Shown: positions 40,548-50,895, counted from the first letter of the stretch. The stretch is DNA of 64,000 nucleotides from an uncultured delta proteobacterium (GCA_963778115.1 CAVZSV010000004.1:1824001-1888000); one strand, 5' to 3'. The notes: generated by a model not told the origin, from the letters alone. A program made the numbers and translations.

Positions 40548-42535
40548 AACTCATCAAGATTGGAAGTGCAGCCCTCAATCAGACCCCTCTCGACTGGGAG
40601 AACAATCTCAAAAATATTCGAGAGGCGATCCATTCCGCAAAAGCACAAGGCGTTAGCGTTCTTTGTCTTCCGGAGCTTTGTATCAGCGGATATGGATGCG
40701 AAGACGCTTTCCACTCCCCGTCAGTGCAAACGACGGCTCAAGAGTGCTTATCCGAACTTCTCCCTGATACTAAAGGGATCATCGTGGCCCTTGGACTTCC
40801 TCTGCTTTATCATAATGGTCTTTTCAACACCGTTTGCCTCGTAGCCGACGGAACAATCCGTGGGTTCGTCGCCAAAAAATTTCTAGCCGGAGACGGAATC
40901 CACTATGAACCCCGCTGGTTCAAACCGTGGCAGAGAGGGAAACGCGGCGTGGTTGAGGTATTGGGGAAAGAATATCCGATCGGAGATTATTATTTTAATT
41001 GCGGAGGAATTAAGCTCGGTTTTGAAATCTGCGAGGAGGCTTGGGTAGCCGAGCGTCCCGGAGGAGATTTGGCCCTTTGCGGAGTTGATTTCATCTTAAA
41101 TCCAAGTGCAAGCCATTTTGCTTTCGGCAAAGATGACGTAAGGCTTCGCTTTGTGCTGGAAGGTTCTCGCGCTTTCGGAGTCAGTTATCTATATTGCGAC
41201 CTTCTTGGAAATGAAAGTGGGCGCGCGATTTACGACGGCGCGAATATTATAGCTTCGGCGGGTAAATTATTAGCCGTGGGACCGCGTTTGACCTTCTCTC
41301 CGTGGACGGTAACAGCGGCGGTAGTCGATGTGGAAGCGACCCGAATGAGTCAATCCAGAACGGGAAGCTTTGAACCAAGCTTTGACAGTGTCGTGGAAGG
41401 CAGTGTCGCCTTTCCTTTTACCTTCCCCTCGTTGCACCCGATCGTGAACGCTGCTTCGACTCCGACTTGGGAAAAATCTCCCCACCACAAAGAAGAGGAA
41501 TTTACTCGCGCCGTAGCGCTAGGATTATTCGATTACTTACGAAAGAGTCGATCCAAAGGGTTCGTCGTCTCACTCAGCGGCGGAGCCGATTCGTGCTCGA
41601 TCGCTTGCCTAATCTATTTCATGGTCAAATTGGGAGTTTCCGAGCTGGGAAAATCGGCTTTCCTGGAACGGTTGGGACTAAGTGATTTGGAATCGAAATG
41701 CCGCGCGGATGCGGACATCGTGAAGAATCTTTTGACGTGTATTTACCAATCAACGGAGAACAGCGGACCTATTACCCAAAATGCCGCTCGAGAAGTGGCA
41801 CTTGCCGTAGGGGCTGATTTTCTCGAGCTCGATGTTAACGATCTGTTTAAAGGCTACGTAAGCCGGGTCTCCCAAGCTTTACACCGAGAGATCCGGTGGG
41901 ACGCCGATGACATTGCCTTACAGAATATCCAAGCGCGAGTGCGTTCTCCCGGGGCTTGGCTTATTGCCAACCTAAAACACTTTCTTTTGGTATCGACGAG
42001 CAATCGCTCCGAAGTTGCCGTAGGCTACGCCACTATGGATGGAGACACCTCAGGAGGATTGAGTCCTTTAGGTGGTATCGACAAAGCTTTCCTGCGAGAA
42101 TGGCTCCGGTGGGTGGAAAAGACCGGTCCTCGTGGATTGGGTCCCCTCCCTCAGGTGAATGCGGTGAATGTTCAAGCCCCTACCGCTGAACTTCGCCCCG
42201 TAGGATTCAAGCAGACTGACGAAGCCGATCTCATGCCCTATGACCTTCTGGATGCGATCGAGCGCTCTGCCATTAGAGATAAGCGTTCTCCCCTTGAAGT
42301 ATTTCAATGCCTCCAACCTCAGTTTTCTGAAATTTCGCCGAACCAATTAGCTTTATGGGTAGATCGCTTTTTCCGGCTGTGGTGCCAAAATCAGTGGAAA
42401 CGGGAGCGCTACGCGCCTTCGTTCCATGTAGATGATGAAAATTTAGATCCCCGAACGTGGTGCCGGTTTCCCATCCTCTCGGGTGGTTACGAACGTGAAT
42501 TGAAAGAGTTGAAGAAGTATGTCGAGTCGCTCTAA
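40544..42535 (+). CDS. nadE: Glutamine-dependent NAD+ synthetase
   Basis: Nitrilase domain (PEL, K, EICEE) plus SLSGGADS, QNIQAR, PTAEL. Confidence 0.95.
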   Translation: MKLIKIGSAALNQTPLDWENNLKNIREAIHSAKAQGVSVLCLPELCISGYGCEDAFHSPSVQTTAQECLSELLPDTKGIIVALGLPLLYHNGLFNTVCLVADGTIRGFVAKKFLAGDGIHYEPRWFKPWQRGKRGVVEVLGKEYPIGDYYFNCGGIKLGFEICEEAWVAERPGGDLALCGVDFILNPSASHFAFGKDDVRLRFVLEGSRAFGVSYLYCDLLGNESGRAIYDGANIIASAGKLLAVGPRLTFSPWTVTAAVVDVEATRMSQSRTGSFEPSFDSVVEGSVAFPFTFPSLHPIVNAASTPTWEKSPHHKEEEFTRAVALGLFDYLRKSRSKGFVVSLSGGADSCSIACLIYFMVKLGVSELGKSAFLERLGLSDLESKCRADADIVKNLLTCIYQSTENSGPITQNAAREVALAVGADFLELDVNDLFKGYVSRVSQALHREIRWDADDIALQNIQARVRSPGAWLIANLKHFLLVSTSNRSEVAVGYATMDGDTSGGLSPLGGIDKAFLREWLRWVEKTGPRGLGPLPQVNAVNVQAPTAELRPVGFKQTDEADLMPYDLLDAIERSAIRDKRSPLEVFQCLQPQFSEISPNQLALWVDRFFRLWCQNQWKRERYAPSFHVDDENLDPRTWCRFPILSGGYERELKELKKYVESL

Positions 42536-43235
42536 CATTTTTCGCCAGCCGCCTAAAACGCGTGGGTCCCAGAGCCCCCAGGCAATGAAATTGCGCGTAG
42601 TCTCAGTGGTATTGGGGTGGGAGGCTTCGGGACTAAAGTGCCTTCTCATGGAGGGAGAGAGATCGTCGGGTTACCCTTATCAATTGCCTGGCGCCTTCGT
42701 TAAACCTGAAAATGATTTGGATAGTACTGCCCGCGATGTCTTGGAAAGCCGGACCGGTCTAAAGGGAATCTTTCTGGAACAGCTTTATACATTTGGCCCC
42801 TTAGGCGCATCGGCTTGCGATCTTTCAGTGGCCTATTATGCTTTGGTAAGCCTTTCGCAACGAACGTTTCCGCCAAAAGGCAGCGGAGCTTGGACGTGGA
42901 TGCCAGTATCGGCGGTCTCTCGGCTGAGCGATGGGGAACGTCCCGTCCTGCTAAAAGCGCTTGAGCGCCTCAAAGGGAAGGTCCGCTACCAACCTATAGG
43001 GTTTGAACTGCTTCCGCCTAAATTTACCCTCTCGCAATTGCAAAATCTTTATGAGACCGTACTCGAACGATCGCTGGATAAAAGAAATTTCAGGAAAAAA
43101 ATCCTCTCGATGGATTTGATTCAACCTTTAGGCGAGTTTCAGCGCGAAGTGGCCCACAGAGCCGCCCGACTCTATCGTTTTGATGAGAAGCGGTACCGCA
43201 GTTTGAAGAATCAAGGATTGAATTTTGAGATCTAA
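42519..43235 (+). CDS. nrtR: Nudix-related transcriptional regulator
   Basis: Degenerate Nudix domain, LEQLYTFG, FTLSQLQ.LYE..L...LDKRNFRKK wHTH; start may be 42585. Confidence 0.9.
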   Translation: MSSRSNIFRQPPKTRGSQSPQAMKLRVVSVVLGWEASGLKCLLMEGERSSGYPYQLPGAFVKPENDLDSTARDVLESRTGLKGIFLEQLYTFGPLGASACDLSVAYYALVSLSQRTFPPKGSGAWTWMPVSAVSRLSDGERPVLLKALERLKGKVRYQPIGFELLPPKFTLSQLQNLYETVLERSLDKRNFRKKILSMDLIQPLGEFQREVAHRAARLYRFDEKRYRSLKNQGLNFEI

Positions 43236-43256
43236 CTATCTTAAAAAGGAGAAGCC

Positions 43257-43922
43257 ATGCGAACGTTACTATTAGTAGACCTACAGAACGACTTCCTACC
43301 CGGAGGAGCGTTACCCGTACAAGGGGGTGAGGCCGTCATTGCGGTAGCCAATAAACTTCAACCCTTTTTCGATCTGGTGCTCGCAGCACAAGATTGGCAT
43401 CCGTCCAACCACACCTGTTTTGCCGCAAATCAGCCGGGAAAATCTCCCGGCGACGTGGTTGAAATGCATGGCTTACCCCAGACGCTCTGGCCGATACATT
43501 GTGTCGAATCGACAAAAGGGGCTCAGTTTTCCCCGTTTCTCAATCGCGATAAGATAGCCAAGGTGTTTCATAAAGGGACTGATGCTGGTGTAGATAGCTA
43601 TAGTGCTTTCTTTGATAACGCCCATTTGAGAGACACTGGGCTTGGCAAATATTTCAAACGTAATCAGATCTCTGAAATCTATCTCATGGGATTAGCCACG
43701 GAGTACTGTATTCAATGGAGCGCACTGGATGCTATCTCGTTAGGACTTAGCTGCTGCGTTATTACTGACGGTTGTCGTCCTATTAACGTAAATCCCGAGG
43801 ACGAAGCCAAGGCCTATCAGAAGATGACCGATGCGGGAGTCCATTTAGCTAAGAGCGAACAGGTCATCCGAGCCATTAAGCGAAGTGGTATTCGTCGTGC
43901 TGCCACTTCTGCGGTAGGATAG
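43257..43922 (+). CDS. pncA: Nicotinamidase/pyrazinamidase
   Basis: VDLQNDF.PGG.L, QDWHP, WP.HCV, YSAF, GLATEYC. Confidence 0.95.
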   Translation: MRTLLLVDLQNDFLPGGALPVQGGEAVIAVANKLQPFFDLVLAAQDWHPSNHTCFAANQPGKSPGDVVEMHGLPQTLWPIHCVESTKGAQFSPFLNRDKIAKVFHKGTDAGVDSYSAFFDNAHLRDTGLGKYFKRNQISEIYLMGLATEYCIQWSALDAISLGLSCCVITDGCRPINVNPEDEAKAYQKMTDAGVHLAKSEQVIRAIKRSGIRRAATSAVG

Positions 43923-43930
43923 TCCTCATT

Positions 43931-44470
43931 ATGACGAAGCATATCCTGGGCGAAGGTAAGTATCTGCGCCTAATCAAAAACGACCGATGGGAATTCGTCG
44001 AACGAACCAATTGTTCGGGAGTCGTCCTGATCGTGGCCGTGTTCGAGGGAAAGCTTGTCCTTACCGAACAACGACGCGCTTCGCTTTCCGCTAACGTGAT
44101 CGAACTCCCGGCGGGGCTGGTCGGGGACACCCAAGGAGCTGAAAAGGAATCTCTCCTTGAGGCCGCCCGGCGTGAACTTATCGAGGAGACTGGCTTGGAG
44201 GCCGGCGAAATGGTAGCTCTCACCGAAGGGCCTCCTTCGGCGGGACAATCCTCGGAAGTGGTAACCCTTTTTCTGGCAAAACATCTTAAGCGGGTGGGAA
44301 AGGGGGGGGGTGATGAAAATGAAAATATTGTCGTTCACGAAATCCCCTTCTCCAGGCTAGATGGTTTCTTAGAAGAGAAGAAAAAAAAGGGCTCTCTTAT
44401 TGATCCCAAAGTTTTTGCGGGAGTCTATTTCGCCATCAAATATGGTCTGATAGGTCCCGATATCGGCTAG
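43931..44470 (+). CDS. Nudix hydrolase (ADP-ribose pyrophosphatase-like)
   Basis: IELPAGL...AARRELIEETG Nudix box. Confidence 0.88.
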   Translation: MTKHILGEGKYLRLIKNDRWEFVERTNCSGVVLIVAVFEGKLVLTEQRRASLSANVIELPAGLVGDTQGAEKESLLEAARRELIEETGLEAGEMVALTEGPPSAGQSSEVVTLFLAKHLKRVGKGGGDENENIVVHEIPFSRLDGFLEEKKKKGSLIDPKVFAGVYFAIKYGLIGPDIG

Positions 44471-44482
44471 GAATCGAAGGCG

Positions 44483-45862
44483 TTGAAACCATCACCAAAA
44501 AAAATTGCGGTTTTCGGCGGCAGTTTCAACCCCCCGGGGAATCACCATCGGGTAATCGCAGAGAATCTAGCCCGACGATTCGATGAAGTGATTGTCGTTC
44601 CGTGTGGTCCCCGCCCCGACAAACCTTCCACCAACGAAGTCGATCCCATTTACCGATCGGCTATGGTGGACATGACCTTTCGCGGACTTGAAAAGGTAAG
44701 AGTGGAGCTTTTCGATCTCGAACAAGAGGTCTTTTCACGAACTTATCAATTGATACAGAAATTCGAACCTTTGGGAGAGGTTTGGAATGTGATCGGAAGC
44801 GATCTTATTCATGGGGGAAAGGACGGCAATTCCCCGATTCAGAAGGAGTGGATCTTAGGAAACGAACTTTGGAAGAACGCCCATTTTGTCGTAGTCCCCC
44901 GACCTGGCATCTCCTGTGACAAGAAAGATCTCCCTCCTCACCATCTGTTACTTGATATCTCGGAAAAAGGATCTAGTTCCGATATTCGGGAAGCGATCTT
45001 CCACGGAAAGTCTCTCGATAACAAACTACCTCTAGAAGTTAACCGTTACATTGATCGCCACGGCCTTTACCGAGGAATGCAACCGAATAAGACCACGCGC
45101 TTTCGTCCCGATGAATTAAAACCTTGGCTTATTATCGATGAGACCAATCAGGCTGCCACCAAAATCGCAAAGAAGCTCGGAATGAATTCCAGCACCGAAC
45201 CGAATGTTATTTACGTGATTGGCGGAGATGGTGCCATGCTGCGCGCCATTCGAAAACACTGGAGACTAAGACTTCCTTTTTATGGAATCAACGCGGGACA
45301 CTTAGGATTTCTTCTTAATGAAGCCCCTCCTTCCGTTCTTCCCGGACACGATCTTACTATCCATCAACTTCCGCTGTTGTGGGTTGAGATGGAGACCACT
45401 CGCGGAGAACGACACGCCGATGTGGCGTTCAACGACGCTTGGGTGGAAAGAGCGAGCGGGCAGACCGCATGGATCCAAGTTTCGGTGAACGGAAAAGAGA
45501 GACTTTCGAAATTACTGGCAGATGCAGCGCTCGTATCAACGGCGGCCGGCTCCGCCTCGTATGCGCGAGCGATGGGGGCGCAACCGTTGCCGGTAAATAC
45601 TCCGGCCCTTCTCTTAGTGGGATCTAATGTCCTTCTCCCCATCGGTTGGAAATCGGCGGTCTTACCACTCGAAAGTGAGATCACTTTTTCGGGCTTAGAT
45701 CCCATCAAACGTCCCTTGAACGGATACATCGACGGCGTTTTTCAAGGCAATATCCAACAGATGCGCGCCCGACTCAGTCATACCGCATCGGTGGAGTTGG
45801 TCTTCGACCCCGCCCACGATCCGGCGGAAAAACTAGCGAGGATTCAGTTCCCCACCGGCTAG
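44483..45862 (+). CDS. NadD-like adenylyltransferase fused to NAD kinase
   Basis: GGSFNPP, IGSD, SSSDIR; then GGDG, GHLGFL, ND, STAAGS.SY. Confidence 0.85.
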   Translation: MKPSPKKIAVFGGSFNPPGNHHRVIAENLARRFDEVIVVPCGPRPDKPSTNEVDPIYRSAMVDMTFRGLEKVRVELFDLEQEVFSRTYQLIQKFEPLGEVWNVIGSDLIHGGKDGNSPIQKEWILGNELWKNAHFVVVPRPGISCDKKDLPPHHLLLDISEKGSSSDIREAIFHGKSLDNKLPLEVNRYIDRHGLYRGMQPNKTTRFRPDELKPWLIIDETNQAATKIAKKLGMNSSTEPNVIYVIGGDGAMLRAIRKHWRLRLPFYGINAGHLGFLLNEAPPSVLPGHDLTIHQLPLLWVEMETTRGERHADVAFNDAWVERASGQTAWIQVSVNGKERLSKLLADAALVSTAAGSASYARAMGAQPLPVNTPALLLVGSNVLLPIGWKSAVLPLESEITFSGLDPIKRPLNGYIDGVFQGNIQQMRARLSHTASVELVFDPAHDPAEKLARIQFPTG

Positions 45863-46021
45863 AAATCTCCACAGAAGAGCTTTTAGAGATTGACACATCA
45901 TGTAATTTCATTATTCGGCATCATTTTAAGGACTTATCTTTAATTTTTGACCCTTCACGCTAATAGAATCCTAATAATTTTCCCATCGACTTTCCAGCCT
46001 ATGCGAGGCTAAAACCCCCGC

Positions 46022-47704
46022 ATGATTCGGGAATGCAAAGCGTTAGGGAGGTGTCGGGGGAAGGCTTTGCCCTTTGCGTTTCTCCTTTTATTCACCTTAT
46101 GCAGACCCGCGGTATCGATCGCGGCCATTGCCGGCGATGACGAACGGGAAGAGGCTGCCATTACGGCCGATGTGGATCTGGCATCCAGGGATGTCGAGGG
46201 CTTGGAATCACCCGCGGATCTATTTGGAATGGAGCTTGTGGACGCCGAAACGGCGCTAGAACAACCCTCCTATTCCGCCCCCACGTTTGAAGAAAACGGA
46301 CAACGCATCAGTTATGCATTGCCAGAAAGCTCGGCAGAAATCCGCGCACTGAGCGCGCAGTACTTCAAACATATTCAAGAGTCGGGCCGGGAAAAAGGAA
46401 TCGAATTAAATCAGGCCGTCATTACCGTGGTTCAACATAGCCGGTACTGGGACAGGCGGACGAAGGCATTGGTCGAAAGTTTGGTTCGCAACTATAAGCT
46501 AACGGTGGTGGTCATCCGCCCGGGAGAGAAAGAAGGAACCACCAAAGCTCTCTGGCTTCAACAGGCAGCAAGACCTGAGAACTTCGTTCTCGAGTTAGCT
46601 CGAACGGCCATCGAGACTCCCGAGCTCAGTGATCTCGTTGCTGAAGGAAAAATCAACGAAGCCGCGGTTTATAATTTCTCTGAACAAGCCCATTCGACAT
46701 TTTCGAAGCTTTTTGGACGAGGATCCACGGCTTTGGCCTATGTCGTTATGGCTTCGAAGACCTTCTCTCGAACTCTTGGAAAATATCTTCATCACTTTGT
46801 CGATGATAAGACTGGAATTAGGCGGCCTAGACTTGGTTATGACAAAAATGGCCACTCTCGACTCGCCTTAGAGGGGGCTGAGATCGCTCTCGCCATTTAT
46901 GGCGCGGTTCTTCTCTACAATGTTTCGTACACCTCCTTCACCAACCGCGGAGCACCAAATCCACACGCAGGCGCTTTGGTGGCGGGATTTTTTCAGGCCT
47001 TTTGGACCTATTTCAAGCGCGCTGCCGGCGAAGCCAATTCCGCAAAGATGGTCTTTAACGAACTTACGAAACGTTGGGAAGCCGATCCCATGGCTTTTAC
47101 CTTTTCTATTTTCTCTAGCAGCTTGGTGGGACTCTTTGCGGCTACCATTGCGGCACATGATGGCCATTTAGCCTTAGTGAGTGCCCTCGTTCTAGCCTGG
47201 GGAGCGTTCGGCGGAACCTTCAATAAGTACTTGCCCGAAATGTTTCTCGTGAAACATCAAAGCAAGAATAACGGAGCTCATGCTACGGACAGTAGAGAGC
47301 ACCCCGCGTTTTATACCGTCTTCCTAAACCAAGCGACCGGAGTTCCCCTTAAGGTGATCCAGACGATCGCTCTGTTCGGAACGAGTATTGAAACTAGTAT
47401 TGTCTACTGGGGAATGGTTACCCTAAGCCTGGGGTATTTCATTAGACAGCAACTTCTTTGGGAGCGGCCGGGCACCACCCAAAGAACTTTGACGGAAAAA
47501 TTCAAACGCCGCATGCGAAAATTTTGGAATCAAGCCATGGTGAGGTTTGGATATAAATCCTCAGAGCTTTGTGGTCTGTCGATCTACATGCAGGAAGACC
47601 CTGCCCCAGAGCTGCTTGAAAATTATAGAAGCAGCACTAACGGCGCGAAAGCGGCTGCCAAGAACGCGTATCTCCAAGCGGTCCCCGCAGTCACTGTCCA
47701 CTAA
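46022..47704 (+). CDS. Hypothetical membrane protein
   Basis: 560-aa ORF with signal peptide and several hydrophobic segments. Confidence 0.6.
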   Translation: MIRECKALGRCRGKALPFAFLLLFTLCRPAVSIAAIAGDDEREEAAITADVDLASRDVEGLESPADLFGMELVDAETALEQPSYSAPTFEENGQRISYALPESSAEIRALSAQYFKHIQESGREKGIELNQAVITVVQHSRYWDRRTKALVESLVRNYKLTVVVIRPGEKEGTTKALWLQQAARPENFVLELARTAIETPELSDLVAEGKINEAAVYNFSEQAHSTFSKLFGRGSTALAYVVMASKTFSRTLGKYLHHFVDDKTGIRRPRLGYDKNGHSRLALEGAEIALAIYGAVLLYNVSYTSFTNRGAPNPHAGALVAGFFQAFWTYFKRAAGEANSAKMVFNELTKRWEADPMAFTFSIFSSSLVGLFAATIAAHDGHLALVSALVLAWGAFGGTFNKYLPEMFLVKHQSKNNGAHATDSREHPAFYTVFLNQATGVPLKVIQTIALFGTSIETSIVYWGMVTLSLGYFIRQQLLWERPGTTQRTLTEKFKRRMRKFWNQAMVRFGYKSSELCGLSIYMQEDPAPELLENYRSSTNGAKAAAKNAYLQAVPAVTVH

Positions 47705-47855
47705 AGCGAGCGCCTAAGCTAACGATATCGAAACTGGAAATCGACGGTGCTTGACGGAGCAAGCCCCTTTTCGGTAGTGGTACGAGGTTCAATTTTACTG
47801 TTGGGGTTAAAGTTCGAGGGATCCCAATCGGGTTCCTCAAGAAGGAGTTACACCG

Positions 47856-48860
47856 ATGAAGTGGTTTCGAATTAGTCTGCTAAGTCTTGTAATGTTTGCT
47901 CCCTTTTGGCAACAGCCCAGCTTCGCCGCAAAAGAAAGTGTTTTTATCTACGCCAGTGTCGACGAGGAGGTGGCCCAACAATTGGTTGCTGCGTTCGAAG
48001 CCGAGACGGGTATCAAAGTCAATTTTGTTCGCCTTTCGACGGGAGAAGCCGTCGCTAGACTCGAAGCCGAAAAGGCAAACCCGCAAGTTTCCCTTTGGCT
48101 TGGTGGAGTAGGCTTAGGGCATGCGGAAATTAAAGAAAAGGGACTTAGTATTCCTTACCAGTCCGCTGACACGGCTTCACTTAATCCTAAATTCAAAGAC
48201 CCTGAGGGTTATTGGAACGGCATTTACTTGGGCGTGCTATCTTTCGTTACCAACAAGGAGTTGCTAAAAAAGAAAAATCTACAACCTCCCCAAGTTTGGA
48301 ATGATCTCTTAGATCCGAAATGGAAAGGTAACATTCAAATTCCCAATCCAGGAACTTCGGGAACTTCATATAGTCTTATGATCATGCTCATCGCCAAGAG
48401 TAACGAAGACAAAGCCTTCGAATACATGAAGGCCCTAAACTCCAATGTCTCCCAATATACGCGATCGGGTTCTGCGCCCGCCAAAAACGTGGCCCTCGGA
48501 GAGACGATCATTGGGATCGGATACGCCCAGGACATTTTAAAACTTATCCACGGATCGAAATCCGCACTTGAACTAGTCTACCCCAAAGACGGAACCGGTT
48601 ATGAAATTGCAGCCATGTCGTTAATTAAAGGGGGAAAGCAAACGGAAACGGCGAAGAAGCTGATGGAATGGTGTTACTCGAAAAAAGCGGCGCAGATCTT
48701 GGCAGATAATTACATCATTCCGTTAAAGACAAAAGGCGTGAAGCTCAAAGAGGTCGCTATCTATCCTAAGAGCCTTAAGCTTATCGATGCCCCGATGGAA
48801 TGGGCCGGAAAAAATAAGCAACGGCTCATCGAGAGATGGAACGATCAGATTAACCACTAG
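47856..48860 (+). CDS. ABC transporter substrate-binding protein (Fe3+/thiamine/AfuA-like family)
   Basis: FEAETGIKV, EKANPQ..W.GG, W.DLLDPKWKG, PNPGTSGT. Confidence 0.85.
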   Translation: MKWFRISLLSLVMFAPFWQQPSFAAKESVFIYASVDEEVAQQLVAAFEAETGIKVNFVRLSTGEAVARLEAEKANPQVSLWLGGVGLGHAEIKEKGLSIPYQSADTASLNPKFKDPEGYWNGIYLGVLSFVTNKELLKKKNLQPPQVWNDLLDPKWKGNIQIPNPGTSGTSYSLMIMLIAKSNEDKAFEYMKALNSNVSQYTRSGSAPAKNVALGETIIGIGYAQDILKLIHGSKSALELVYPKDGTGYEIAAMSLIKGGKQTETAKKLMEWCYSKKAAQILADNYIIPLKTKGVKLKEVAIYPKSLKLIDAPMEWAGKNKQRLIERWNDQINH

Positions 48861-48907
48861 GTGCAAGAAGGGTTTCACAAGCACCATTCCTTAAGTAGAA
48901 TGGTCTG

Positions 48908-49987
48908 ATGAAGACTCCTTTAGTAGCCCTGGGGCTAGTTGTCATACTCATTATCGGTCTTGTTTGGGTTAAACCTTGGCGCCATAGCGAGTCTTTAACC
49001 CCGGAGGTGGCTACTGCACCGGCACAAAACACCGCGGCCCTTCCGGCAGCGCGCGCTAAAAAGAAGCTTTTTTTTGAGTCCCCCCGAGAGCCCATTGCCA
49101 CTGACAAGATAGCTCCCTCGATTTCCCCCCGCTGTAGAGAGCTGTGGACCGACATCCGCAAACTCAATCTCGGAGACAGCAGTATTTTTCAGGAGGATCG
49201 CTATCAGGTGCCCGATGCCTCTCAGTGTCAGGGATTAGCAGAACCCTTTGCCTCGCTACAAAAATCATTTGCGGAGAAGTGTCAGCCCCCAAAGAAGGTA
49301 ACTGACGAAAAGGAAAAGGCCTTAAATGCTTCTAACTGCCAACTAGCGGCCTTTTATTATCGCGCACAGATAACCGAGTACTTAACCCGCGACGAGGATC
49401 TTAGCGACATTAGCGATATGAAAGTATTGACCGACAAACTTTTCGCCAAGTTTATGAATGATCCCAAGACGGCCGCAGACGTGGCTAGTCGAATGCTAGA
49501 GATCGATCCTACCTATTATCCCGCCGCTCAAACGCTTCTTTTCTCTCACATGATTGCGGCCTCCGACAGCGCTCGAGGAAACATGAATGATCCCGTATGG
49601 CAAACGGTTAGGGCGGATTTAGACCGAGCTAAACAGATGAACCCCAACGATCCTCAAAGCGCCGAGCTCGATCTATTTTTGCTCGCTTCCCAAAGCGATG
49701 ACCCAGCGAAAGTGCGCGAACGCGCACAAGCCTATGCCGATGCCAATCCTAATTCTCCCTTGGGACTGTATTATCTAGCATGGGCCGCCTACCGAAGTGG
49801 AAATCCGGATTTGGGTTGGCAGTATCTGCAAAGCGATCTCAATAAATTTCCGGGAGAACCTCGAATTACAGCAACAATGCAAGGGGTGAAGCAGAACCCG
49901 ACTTTTTACCAATCGCCCGACCGATCGCATTCGCCGTTCCGAGGAAGTTTTTCGACGAACGTAAACCCAAGTGGAAGTACTTACTAG
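48908..49987 (+). CDS. Membrane-anchored TPR-like hypothetical protein
   Basis: N-terminal TM helix; helical repeats with IDP/NPN turns. Confidence 0.6.
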   Translation: MKTPLVALGLVVILIIGLVWVKPWRHSESLTPEVATAPAQNTAALPAARAKKKLFFESPREPIATDKIAPSISPRCRELWTDIRKLNLGDSSIFQEDRYQVPDASQCQGLAEPFASLQKSFAEKCQPPKKVTDEKEKALNASNCQLAAFYYRAQITEYLTRDEDLSDISDMKVLTDKLFAKFMNDPKTAADVASRMLEIDPTYYPAAQTLLFSHMIAASDSARGNMNDPVWQTVRADLDRAKQMNPNDPQSAELDLFLLASQSDDPAKVRERAQAYADANPNSPLGLYYLAWAAYRSGNPDLGWQYLQSDLNKFPGEPRITATMQGVKQNPTFYQSPDRSHSPFRGSFSTNVNPSGSTY

Positions 49988-50022
49988 ACTAAGCGAAGTC
50001 CCGCTACGGTCCACTCTCAACC

Positions 50023-50066
50023 AAAAAAAAGGTTCTGCCGCAATTCTCAGATTACGGCAGAACCTT
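50023..50066. terminator. Terminator between convergent genes
   Basis: A8-GGTTCTGCCG-N14-CGGCAGAACC-TT. Confidence 0.75.
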
Positions 50067-50090
50067 ATTCTTGAACTTAATGATTGAGGA

Positions 50091-50705
50091 CTAGAAGCCG
50101 GGCTGCATTCCCATACCTACGCCGCCCATGCCGCCCATTCCACCGGGTCCACCCATGCCGCCCATGCCACCCATTCCACCAGGTCCACCCATGCCGCCCA
50201 TGCCAGGACCGCCACCACCATAAGGAACTCCAATCGGTCCGCCACCAATCCCAGGTCCACCAATTCCAGGACCACCAATTCCAGGTCCACCAATTCCAGG
50301 ACCACCAATTCCAGGTCCGCCGAATCCAGGCCCACCACATCCAGGACCAAATCCAGGTCCACACCCGCCCCATCCGCAGCCGGGATATCCCCAGATCGGA
50401 GGAGTCGCAACGCCACTAACTCGGGTCGTTCCGTAACCGTACGCCCCAAAAGGACCGAACCCTCTCGTGTTCGCCGAAACTCTGTCTTGAACGCCAAAGG
50501 GCGTTTGGACAAAAGACTCACTGACGGTAGTAGTTTGTCCTATGGGTGGCGGAGGGATTATCGGTCCGGCCCAAACCGGGGGCGGACAAAATCCAGGTCC
50601 ACATCCAGGCCCACCAAAGCCGGGACCGTATTCCGCTTTCGCGGAGCTAGCAAAAAAACCAGCAAAAATGACCATAGCAATGGCCCAAAACGTAGCTTTA
50701 CCCAT
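50091..50705 (-). CDS. Secreted Gly/Pro-rich repeat protein
   Basis: GGAGG RBS, signal peptide ending AKA, (GGPGI)5 and GGM repeats. Confidence 0.7.
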   Translation of the reverse strand: MGKATFWAIAMVIFAGFFASSAKAEYGPGFGGPGCGPGFCPPPVWAGPIIPPPPIGQTTTVSESFVQTPFGVQDRVSANTRGFGPFGAYGYGTTRVSGVATPPIWGYPGCGWGGCGPGFGPGCGGPGFGGPGIGGPGIGGPGIGGPGIGGPGIGGGPIGVPYGGGGPGMGGMGGPGGMGGMGGMGGPGGMGGMGGVGMGMQPGF

Positions 50706-50843
50706 GTATCCTCCAGTTAGGTCTTGTGCGTGCAAAGAGTTAAACGAGAACAGCCTTATAACCTGATTAACTCATTGCGTCAACGGAAGAATTGCGAAGA
50801 ATCTTGTAAGAGCTTGAAATTACATAATTAATATTGCGAAAAT

Positions 50844-50869
50844 AAAAAAGAGGGGCCAGCGGCCCCTCT
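50844..50869 (-). terminator. Rho-independent terminator downstream of the RRM gene
   Basis: GAGGGGCC-AGC-GGCCCCTC with adjacent A6. Confidence 0.75.
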
Positions 50870-50895
50870 CTCCATTCAGAACAAATTCGTCTCTA

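Noticed and set aside
50077..50521. Trp-rich (WNWW), His/Gln-rich and Leu/Val-rich repeat ORFs
   Set aside because: Alternative frames of the Gly/Pro repeat gene, which has the RBS, signal peptide and third-position variation.
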